Below are positions 38,401-44,187 of a stretch of DNA of 46,784 bases, in pieces. The stretch is from NCBI GenBank assembly GCA_964009845.1, contig CAXGIQ010000001.1, forward strand, positions 1 to 46,784, written 5' to 3'. The stretch's first letter is position 1; each line of letters opens with the position of its first letter. The notes beneath the pieces were generated by a model that was not told the DNA's origin, ran no database searches, and saw nothing but the letters and a program-made list of their open reading frames with translations. The stretch comes from an uncultured Flavobacteriales bacterium. GTDB lineage: Bacteria; Bacteroidota; Bacteroidia; Flavobacteriales; UBA7312. The position numbers and the translations under genes were made by a program.

Positions 38401-38774
38401 GTTGGATCAGCATTCAATCCAATAACAGAAAGCGAAAGATCGTTAACAACGATGCTATCCGCTACTGAACAGTTAAATCCATTTCCATCCGAAATAGTAA
38501 CAGCGTAAGTCCCCGCAGCTATGCCTGATGCAGGGTTTAAGTTTTCTGTGATATTATTCGTGAAATCTGTGACAGTATTCCCAAAAGCATCTGTTAAGGT
38601 AACAGAATATGGCGCAATCATTAAAGGATCAACCGTTACAGAAACAATTGCATCGTTAAGACAAATTTCATCTTGAACTACTAACGCTGTACATTGAGCA
38701 CTAGCATTAAATGAAAAAACTGCACTCAAAAAAAGAGTAACAGTAGTGAAAAACAACTTATATTTTGTATCCAA
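32472..38774 (-). CDS. SprB-repeat cell-surface adhesin with a T9SS type-B (gliding-motility-associated) C-terminal domain
   Basis: 2100 aa. Signal peptide MDTKYKLFFTTVTLFLSAVFSFNASAQ. About 21 repeats of C-x-G-x(3)-G-x-(I/A)-x(n)-GG-x(2)-PY-x-(Y/F)-x-W. C-terminus GFSPNGDGFNDTWEV...GTYYYVITF. The start codon is TTG: an in-frame TAA lies 5 codons upstream, and the first downstream in-frame Met would delete the signal peptide. Confidence 0.9.
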   Translation of the reverse strand: MDTKYKLFFTTVTLFLSAVFSFNASAQCTALVVQDEICLNDAIVSVTVDPLMIAPYSVTLTDAFGNTVTDFTNNITENLNPASGIAAGTYAVTISDGNGFNCSVADSIVVNDLSLSVIGLNADPTCFGASDGDITFTAVNGGGGPYLFEWYDDNPLVGSSPIFSETVGSVGDMSASSILDSLEVGTYYAIVTTNTLCSQEITDSVGYVLDPEGDIDSVFIFWSQITNVDCFTESSGGVNIDVGGDAVPFTYKWFDVNGTFVSGNQDLSGQPAGTYSVLISNDNDCQEFQEFTITEPSDSLQLFEDVASRLNINCNGESTGQITVIATGGTEPYLFSINGGDAQASGIFTDLPAGTHDILVTDATGECTDVISVELVENSELSIFELSHQNILCAGNLGSFELLANGGVGPYLYGLGVPTEPSGFFSNLLAGDYTVNISDALGCTIDTTITITELLGIELNINQVEPASCFGVANGVIEVSAAGGVGGYAYTVDNFATSQPGGLFVNLSANQYTIQVQDANGCVGSVDAEVSEPTEIVLNDEVVVDVSCAGFADASVAIEPFGGTGIYQYSWTGPNGFTSLLQDINGLIAGGYFLDVIDSDGCVSSFEFNPVAPAPILTQAILDSVSCFNGFDGSLELTVFGGNSPYTIDWIGPNGFVGNGFSLNFLEAGTYTVDVTDQFDCPFLPFEYLIEQPAQIAVSEAVTIIECAGDSTGQLYLDVEGGNKPYSLNWQSNNGVVVSVGYDFSISSLQTGLYNFDITDVNNCLYTGDAEILQNDPISEIFDVVSETCGNDNGQITANVSGGVSPYTYLWSNGETTSQINDLAGGFPYFLTVTDDLGCMYETSVIVPAVGVPQIRDVQVQDAICFSTGTGSIIVDVEFGIPPFTYTWDLPNGSEVVELDSVLENVVAGSYGLAVMDAEGCVVTNTAPIVVNEPEELETSIEFVPTTFMLSCNGDLDGEIHFNTVGGTPFEGGFYWAFVNDPDFSEQLITNSLYGLSAGVYDIAIVDSNGCIENIQHEILEPAVLTAQAFTNSPLCHGEDNGNADIVISGGTADFSFANITPFSNFIQLSADSFRIYGLSEGVYYYDIVDENGCVSLNNSFYVSEPDLLEINSIYSTPESCVQWDGIATTEVVGGTSPYIYNWTYDEDGTLPVLLSDGLTPNPNNILSTVDFLTSGTYYSHIIDYNGCTTYDSVEVFELSSPNLSVVDVIHNDCFGDAQGQISVNTSGGNPLYQYSIDGGNNWYYNTVFTNLTAGLHTITVRDSLDCSDVITDIEVLEPSPVVATSSTIDVSCFGDTDGSATVNATGGTSLNGEYSFVWQLPNGTNLFPSNLSGLSQTVYNLAPGSYQVEVTDDNGCFTLHSPVVIGEPQLIGVSAEVTSSFNNQQISCFASEDGVLQAVGAGGTGLYTFDWYHLGELLSSSTTPSLSIIGGLGAGDYDVYISDENGCNTSTSVTIFSPTEVMVSFEDVIHIRCEGEGEGQATAVPFGGVSGFYNYIWTNSASDTISLTQQAQNLVMGEYFVTVSDVNECLASGSIVIDDSEVFKTLGPDTVSVNCFGIPDGIADLNPTGGWLPYSHLWSDPLGQITQEATGLAAGQWYVDIIYDANGCLIVDSVYVDGPESYVSIDDIIASDALCFDENSGTIDLTIVGGTAPYTYNWEGPDSYSSTQANLNNVSAGTYHVTITDALGCENYTFTTVGQPLTPVQIINVNTTNVQCYGEANGTAIIPNSSIVGGVTPYNTVDWQGENPNSLEAGVYNVTVEDSNGCEGSFTYEIFEPTALTAVITDVVDEDCTGEDATIIVDAQGGVAPYSYMYQNDFITQNSSSQNLQIDFDPINEGNDTLVMITVTDDNGCEFIIEDVEVHPAHIFNYNASITVCEGTPVDLNAAIPVNYQSYVWNVMGEYSSESTVQFDATVSTIVTVDVVTADGCTFSDEIAVNVNYPIVDAGIDNGIIVGESVTLEATTGTAVAWLTPDTILQSSVEVTPLRTTMYYAAILDESNMCVGVDSIRVFVGMNEGFSPNGDGFNDTWEVSYLNQFGDLKLEVFNRWGMLLWSSQSPMIANWDGTHNGKDMPVGTYYYVITFNSEDKDPLTGPVTIVR
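32475..32723 (-). other. T9SS type-B C-terminal sorting domain (CHU_C / gliding-motility-associated CTD)
   Basis: The last 83 aa carry the SPNGDGxND...W...G...GTYYY signature. Confidence 0.85.
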
Positions 38775-39052
38775 AGTGTGGCGTATTTAAATTAGTCACT
38801 TTATTCAATTCGCTAAGGTACAAAAATTAAAAAAACTAGAAGGCTTCGAAACCCCTCTTAAAAAATAAATAAACACATAAGCGTTATTACTAAAAAACAA
38901 GCTTAACAAAAACCCTTTGCAAGTGGTGATTTGTTTTATATAGAAAAACATTTTGAACGCGTAATACAAACAATCTTCTGTCTATATTTTTTAAAAACTA
39001 CTGTCTTACATTTGTACTAAAGAAAATTAATCTTCGTTTTCAAAAGAAAAAT

Positions 39053-39130
39053 ATGTTTTTAAAATCTATAATCTTAATAATGCTTGCTTACACATTATGG
39101 CCAAAGAGAAGGCAGGAATCAAAAAGTTAA
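39053..39130 (+). CDS. candidate 25-aa hydrophobic micro-protein (unannotated small ORF; could instead be part of a small RNA)
   Basis: ATG...TAA encoding MFLKSIILIMLAYTLWPKRRQESKS, one TM-like segment plus a basic tail. The region before the ATG is A-rich. TACATTTG box at 39007-39014. Bidirectional terminator at 39201-39223. Support is sequence pattern only. Confidence 0.2.
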   Translation: MFLKSIILIMLAYTLWPKRRQESKS

Positions 39131-39200
39131 AGTTCGTTCTTATTATTACACGAGCATCTTCTTCATAGTACTTATTAAAAAAAAAGATTTGCTCGTAAAA

Positions 39201-39223
39201 AAAACCCTCTAATCGAGGGTTTT
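39201..39223. terminator. bidirectional rho-independent terminator downstream of the T9SS esterase gene
   Basis: AAAACCCTC-taatc-GAGGGTTTT flanked by an A-run and a T-run. On the minus strand it reads AACCCTC-gatta-GAGGGTT followed by T8, 9 nt after the esterase stop. Confidence 0.7.
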
Positions 39224-39231
39224 CTTTTATT

Positions 39232-40428
39232 TTACTGTATCATTAATCGCTCCCTTACAACACCTTGCTCTGTTTCAACACTTAACACATATACCCCTGC
39301 TGAAACATCTCTTACATCTAACATCATTTCATGCGAATTTATTGCAGATTGTATCACTTTTACTTTTTTGCCAGTCAAATCGAAAAGATTCAGTACACGA
39401 ATTGGCATATTCAATTTAAGACTCACATAAGAAGAGGATGGATTTGGATAAACCTGTATTGTTAACCTTTGTTCTTCTATTGCTGCCGACACTTCATAAC
39501 AATCTAGTGTAGTATAAAGAAAATCGCTTATGAAAGGAACTGAAACATCATAATTTAATGGCGCAGCATGGTCTCCTGATGTAAAGGTCAGCAAATCATT
39601 ATATAAATTATTTTCGTTTGCTTTTTCATGAACAATTCCAGATCCACAAAGCTTAGGCAATAATGAATTATTAGATAACGGATGACCACAATTATAATCA
39701 ACTGTATTGTCATCTGTCGCATGCAAACTTACTATCGGCTCATCATCGGGGTCAATAAAACTTGGTTTATACACCGCTCCAGCTAATGAAACAACCCCCT
39801 TTACACTAGAAGAATAACCTTCATTTCCACTATTACCATCAATCCCACCAGCGTTTTCTGCAATAGAGACTAAATAACTTGGTAATTCATTGATGTCATC
39901 AATAAAAGCTAAGTTAGCAGCTATTATTGCGCCGGCAGAATAACCCCCCATATAAATTTGGTGGGGATCTATGCCAAATTGATTTCCATTTTCTGCAACA
40001 TCTTTTCTAAAATATCTAATTGCAGATTTAGCATCACCTATAGCATTAAATACAGTTTGTAACATATGCATAGAATCTGTTAAATTCCAAACTGTTGTCA
40101 ATCTATACTGAATTGAAGCTGTTACATATCCTCTTTTTGCAAAAGATTCACACAAAGAAATCATGGCTGGATTATCTTTATCTCCTAGATAAAAAGTCCC
40201 TCCGTGCGCGAAAATTATAAGAGGCCTATTTGTTTCAATATCTCCTACAGGCTCATATATATCCATATCTAGCCCACTATTAAACAAGCTCCAATCATAA
40301 ACATCTGTATACTCTACTTCTGTTACCTGAACATCATCAAAAATTTCACTTTCATACCTACCATCACATTGGGCAAAAACCTGAGCTGACAACACAACTG
40401 CTGCTGTCAAGAATAGAATTCTTTTCAT
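39232..40428 (-). CDS. secreted alpha/beta-hydrolase (carboxylesterase-type) with a T9SS type-A C-terminal sorting domain
   Basis: 398 aa. Signal peptide, oxyanion-hole motif FAHGGTF, nucleophile elbow GGYSAGA. C-terminal VYPNPSSSYVSLKL...GVYVLSVETEQGVVRERLMIQ. Confidence 0.85.
   Translation of the reverse strand: MKRILFLTAAVVLSAQVFAQCDGRYESEIFDDVQVTEVEYTDVYDWSLFNSGLDMDIYEPVGDIETNRPLIIFAHGGTFYLGDKDNPAMISLCESFAKRGYVTASIQYRLTTVWNLTDSMHMLQTVFNAIGDAKSAIRYFRKDVAENGNQFGIDPHQIYMGGYSAGAIIAANLAFIDDINELPSYLVSIAENAGGIDGNSGNEGYSSSVKGVVSLAGAVYKPSFIDPDDEPIVSLHATDDNTVDYNCGHPLSNNSLLPKLCGSGIVHEKANENNLYNDLLTFTSGDHAAPLNYDVSVPFISDFLYTTLDCYEVSAAIEEQRLTIQVYPNPSSSYVSLKLNMPIRVLNLFDLTGKKVKVIQSAINSHEMMLDVRDVSAGVYVLSVETEQGVVRERLMIQ
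39235..39453 (-). other. T9SS type-A C-terminal sorting domain of the esterase
   Basis: The last 73 aa carry the YPNP...GxYxxxV pattern. Confidence 0.8.
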
Positions 40429-40455
40429 AAAAAATAAATTTGGTGCCTAAATTTA
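40429..40455 (-). terminator. weak AT-only hairpin plus T-run after metG
   Basis: The minus strand reads TAAATTT-aggcacc-AAATTTA followed by T6. The stem has no G-C pairs, so termination strength is doubtful. Confidence 0.3.
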
Positions 40456-40470
40456 GAAAAATATAATTCT

Positions 40471-42159
40471 TTAGCCAAGTCTGGCCAATTGAGCTTCAAT
40501 TTGCTCATCTTCTATTCTACTAAACAACAAGGATGCTTTTTCTATTTGATGATTAGTGGACAACAATTGTTCAGCAGACTGTTCCCAAGCACTCTCTGAA
40601 ACATTTAACATGGCTGTTAATTTTTCCGCTGTGAAAGGTAAAAAAGGTTTTGATAATATAGACAAAGAAGCCGCTAGCTGCAAAGCAATATTTATGATGG
40701 TTTGCGTGCGTACCTCATCTGTTTTTTTCAACTTCCAAGGCTCTGTATCTGCCAAATATTTATTCCCTAATCGAGCTAGACTCATCATTTCAGACAAGGC
40801 TTCTCTAAACTTATACCTTTCAATACAGTAGCCAATTTTCTTAGGAGAATCTTTTATCGCCTGCAACACTTCTTGATCGTATATTGTTAACTCTCCTTGT
40901 TCTGGAACTTTTCCTTCCCAATATTTATTAGTCAACACAACAACTCTGTTTATGAAATTGCCTAAAATTCCTACCAACTCACTATTATTACGGGTTTGAA
41001 AATCTTTCCAAGTAAAATCCGTGTCTTTGCTTTCGGGAGCTGTTGCACACAAAGCATAACGAAGCACATCCTGTTGATTTTCAAAATCTTCAATATACTC
41101 ATGTAGCCATATCGCCCAATTCCTAGAGGTAGACAACTTGTCTCCTTCTAAATTAAGAAACTCATTAGCGGGCACATTTGTTGGGAGCGCATAATTTCCA
41201 TGAGCGCGTAAGATTATTGGAAAGATTACACAATGAAACACAATATTATCCTTTCCAATAAAATGAATAAGTTCTACATCATCTCCTTGCCAATAAGATT
41301 TCCAATCTTTTCCGTTATCAGAAGCCCACTGCTTGGTGGCAGTAATATAACCTATAGGAGCATCCAACCACACATATAAGACTTTACCATCTGCTCCCTC
41401 AACAGGAACTTTGACTCCCCAATCTAAATCACGAGTCATAGCACGTTCCTGCAACCCCCCATCAATCCATGACTTGCACTGACCCAGCACTTGCGAGCGC
41501 CATGTTTTTGGGTCATGATGCTGTTTACCATCCAACATTCCTTCCTCTATCCATTCCTTCAGCCAAACTTCATGCTTTTGCATTGACAAATACCAGTGAG
41601 AAGTTGTTTTCATCACAGGCGTGTTTCCACTTAAAGTAGATGTTGGATTCTTCAATTCTAAAGGACTTAAAGCACTACCACACTTTTCGCACTGATCTCC
41701 ATAAGCATGTTCATATCCACATTTTGGACATTCGCCTGTAATATATCTGTCAGCTAAAAATTGTTGATACTCTTCGTCAAAAAACTGTTCTGATGTTTTT
41801 TGTGTAAACACCTCTTTTTCCTCCAAAGTCTTGAAGTACTCAGAAGCAGTTTCATGATGTAATTCTGATGATGTTCTATGATAGATATCAAAATCTATAC
41901 CAAGATCTGTAAAGGCTTTTTCGTTAATCGCGTGGTATTTATCCACAATTTCTTGCGGACTTACGCCGTCCTTTTTTGCTCGAAGTGTAATAGCAGCTCC
42001 GTGCTCATCCGACCCACACACAAACAACACATCATCCCCTTTTGATTTTCGGTAACGCACATAAATATCTGCTGGCAAATATGCTCCTGCAATATGCCCT
42101 ATATGTAAAGGTCCGTTTGCATAAGGCAAAGCGGATGTTACGGTATATTTCTTGCTCAT
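40471..42159 (-). CDS. metG: methionine--tRNA ligase (short form without the C-terminal tRNA-binding appendage)
   Basis: 562 aa. HIGH motif [14 protein letters not shown]-type motif KLSTS, zinc knuckles [18 protein letters not shown]. The protein ends soon after the anticodon-binding helices. Confidence 0.95.
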   Translation of the reverse strand: MSKKYTVTSALPYANGPLHIGHIAGAYLPADIYVRYRKSKGDDVLFVCGSDEHGAAITLRAKKDGVSPQEIVDKYHAINEKAFTDLGIDFDIYHRTSSELHHETASEYFKTLEEKEVFTQKTSEQFFDEEYQQFLADRYITGECPKCGYEHAYGDQCEKCGSALSPLELKNPTSTLSGNTPVMKTTSHWYLSMQKHEVWLKEWIEEGMLDGKQHHDPKTWRSQVLGQCKSWIDGGLQERAMTRDLDWGVKVPVEGADGKVLYVWLDAPIGYITATKQWASDNGKDWKSYWQGDDVELIHFIGKDNIVFHCVIFPIILRAHGNYALPTNVPANEFLNLEGDKLSTSRNWAIWLHEYIEDFENQQDVLRYALCATAPESKDTDFTWKDFQTRNNSELVGILGNFINRVVVLTNKYWEGKVPEQGELTIYDQEVLQAIKDSPKKIGYCIERYKFREALSEMMSLARLGNKYLADTEPWKLKKTDEVRTQTIINIALQLAASLSILSKPFLPFTAEKLTAMLNVSESAWEQSAEQLLSTNHQIEKASLLFSRIEDEQIEAQLARLG

Positions 42160-42182
42160 TTAAGTCCTAAAAATTAACTTCG

Positions 42183-42190
42183 CAAAGATA
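42183..42190 (-). promoter_or_regulatory. candidate -7 box (TATCTTTG) for metG
   Basis: On the minus strand TATCTTTG lies 23 nt upstream of the metG ATG, in the 51-bp divergent spacer. Confidence 0.3.
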
Positions 42191-42210
42191 TTAAAAGCAC
42201 GCAGAGAACC

Positions 42211-43128
42211 GTGAGCATAAGCAAGCAATCTATCATTCGTCCATCTTCCCTTCAACAAGGAGATCAAATTGGTATTATATCTACTGCCCGAAAAATCAGC
42301 AAAGAAGAGTTAGCATTTGCTAAAAATACCTTTAAAAGCTGGGGGCTGATGATCGTTTTTGGAAAAAACCTCTTTCAAGAACATAATCAATTTGCAGGAA
42401 CAGATGTGCAAAGAGCTTCTGATTTACAGCAGATGATTGACAACCCCGACATTAAAGCAATTATTTGTGCTCGTGGCGGATATGGAACAGTTCGTATATT
42501 AGACCTTGTTAACTTATCTGTACTTCAAACAAACCCTAAGTGGATTGCCGGATATAGCGATGTTACCGCCTTACACTCTAATTTGCACAACTTAAATATT
42601 ACTTCTCTACATAGCACCATGCCTATTAACTTCTCAAACAATACTAACAATAGTTTAGATAGTTTGAAACAAGCACTTTTTGGAAATCCGATATCATACA
42701 ACTTTCCAATACACGACCTCAATAGAATTGGACATGCAAAAGGAAAAGTTGTAGGAGGAAATCTCTCTATTATTTACAGCTTATTAGGTTCAAATTCTGA
42801 CATAAATACAGATGGTAAAATTCTATTCTTAGAAGATTTGGACGAATACCTATATCATATAGACAGAATGATGATGAACCTAAAACGCAACGGAAAACTA
42901 TCCAAATTAGCCGGCTTGCTTATAGGGGGGATGAGCGACATGAATGACAACACCATCCCTTTTGGGAAAAGCGCAATGGAAATTATTACTGAAGCTGTTT
43001 CCGAATACGACTACCCTGTCGCATTTAACTTTCCAGCTGGTCATATAAACAACAACAACACTATTGTTTTAGGTCAAACAGCAAACCTAACAATAGATCG
43101 AAATAATTCGAACTTGACTTTCTGCTAG
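42211..43128 (+). CDS. ldcA: LD-carboxypeptidase (peptidase S66, muramoyltetrapeptide carboxypeptidase-like)
   Basis: 305 aa. Nucleophile motif AGYSDVTALH, FLEDLDE and FPAGH consistent with a Ser-Glu-His triad. GTG start at 42211, with no nearby in-frame ATG. Confidence 0.8.
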   Translation: MSISKQSIIRPSSLQQGDQIGIISTARKISKEELAFAKNTFKSWGLMIVFGKNLFQEHNQFAGTDVQRASDLQQMIDNPDIKAIICARGGYGTVRILDLVNLSVLQTNPKWIAGYSDVTALHSNLHNLNITSLHSTMPINFSNNTNNSLDSLKQALFGNPISYNFPIHDLNRIGHAKGKVVGGNLSIIYSLLGSNSDINTDGKILFLEDLDEYLYHIDRMMMNLKRNGKLSKLAGLLIGGMSDMNDNTIPFGKSAMEIITEAVSEYDYPVAFNFPAGHINNNNTIVLGQTANLTIDRNNSNLTFC

Positions 43129-43159
43129 ATTACGCCTATATTCACATAAACAATTCCTT

Positions 43160-43285
43160 ATGAAAAAGTTTCTGTGCATCCTGTATATTTTACCCTTTCT
43201 TTGCTTTAGCCAATCTCCTAACTTTAGTGAGGACATCGCTCCAATTTTTTACAATAAAATTGAGCACCCTAAAAATGCCTTTTAA
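43160..43285 (+). pseudogene. 41-codon remnant resembling the N-terminus of a secreted heme-binding-type protein
   Basis: MKKFLCILYILPFLCFSQSPNFSEDIAPIFYNKIEHPKNAF*. A signal peptide plus a (D/E)IAPIFxNK stretch. In proteins I recall, such a stretch normally runs into a CxxCH site, but here it stops. The call rests on pattern memory only. Confidence 0.2.
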
Positions 43286-43299
43286 GGAATTGCTTTCAC

Positions 43300-43307
43300 T
43301 AACTTTG
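43300..43307 (+). promoter_or_regulatory. candidate -7 box (TAACTTTG) for the rluB-like gene
   Basis: TAACTTTG ends 14 nt before the ATG at 43322. Confidence 0.35.
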
Positions 43308-43321
43308 CAAAAAATTGGAGC

Positions 43322-44143
43322 ATGAGCAAATTCCAAAAAAAACTAAATAATAAAAACAACCATTCAAAGTTAGGGGGTAAAAACACTCCTTTTAAAAAGC
43401 GTATTTCTAAAAAACCAAAAAATAAAACAGTAAAAGAAGGCATGCGTTTAAATCAATTTATCGCTCATGCTGGCATTTGCTCTAGAAGAGAGGCAGACCA
43501 ATTTATTGCAGCAGGCTTAGTTAGCATCAATGATGAGGTGGTGACAAAAATGGGATATAGAGTAAAGCCTTCGGACACTGTAAAATTCAACAACGAACTG
43601 ATTAAATCAGAGAAAAAGAAGTATATATTACTCAATAAGCCGAAAGGATACATCTGCACTTCGGATGACCCTAAAAACAGAAAAACAGTCATGGAATTAG
43701 TACGCGGAGCTTGCAAAGAAATACTCTATCCTGTTGGTCGTTTACACCGACAAACCACAGGACTCCTACTATTTACTAATGATGGAGAAATGGCCAAAAA
43801 ACTGACCAACCCCAAACATGGAGTCAAAAAAATCTATCATGTTTTGTTAGACAAAAATCTTAAGTCAGTAGATCTTAAGAAAATTGTGGAGGGTGTAAAT
43901 ATAGAGGAAGGAACTGCTTATGTAGAAGCTGCCACTTACATCAAAAACGCACCAAAAAGAGAAGTGGGCATCGAAATACACAGAGGCAAAAACAGTACAG
44001 TTCGTAGAATTTTCGAACACCTCGGATACAATGTGCTTCGCTTAGATAGAGTTTACTTTGCTGGACTGACCAAAAAAGACATTTCAAGAGGGCGTCATCG
44101 ATTCCTTTCAGAGCAGGAAGTTGCAATGCTAAAAATGGTTTAA
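43322..44143 (+). CDS. rluB: RsuA/RluB-family pseudouridine synthase homolog (S4 domain plus catalytic domain) with His at the catalytic Asp position
   Basis: 273 aa. Lys-rich N-terminal extension, S4 domain MRLNQFIAHAGICSRREADQFI, family motif PVGRLHRQTTGLLLFTNDGE (normally GRLD) and KKIYHV. Confidence 0.85.
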   Translation: MSKFQKKLNNKNNHSKLGGKNTPFKKRISKKPKNKTVKEGMRLNQFIAHAGICSRREADQFIAAGLVSINDEVVTKMGYRVKPSDTVKFNNELIKSEKKKYILLNKPKGYICTSDDPKNRKTVMELVRGACKEILYPVGRLHRQTTGLLLFTNDGEMAKKLTNPKHGVKKIYHVLLDKNLKSVDLKKIVEGVNIEEGTAYVEAATYIKNAPKREVGIEIHRGKNSTVRRIFEHLGYNVLRLDRVYFAGLTKKDISRGRHRFLSEQEVAMLKMV

Positions 44144-44187
44144 ATTAGCCACACAACAGCTGCTTTATTTATGCGTTGTATTAACTG

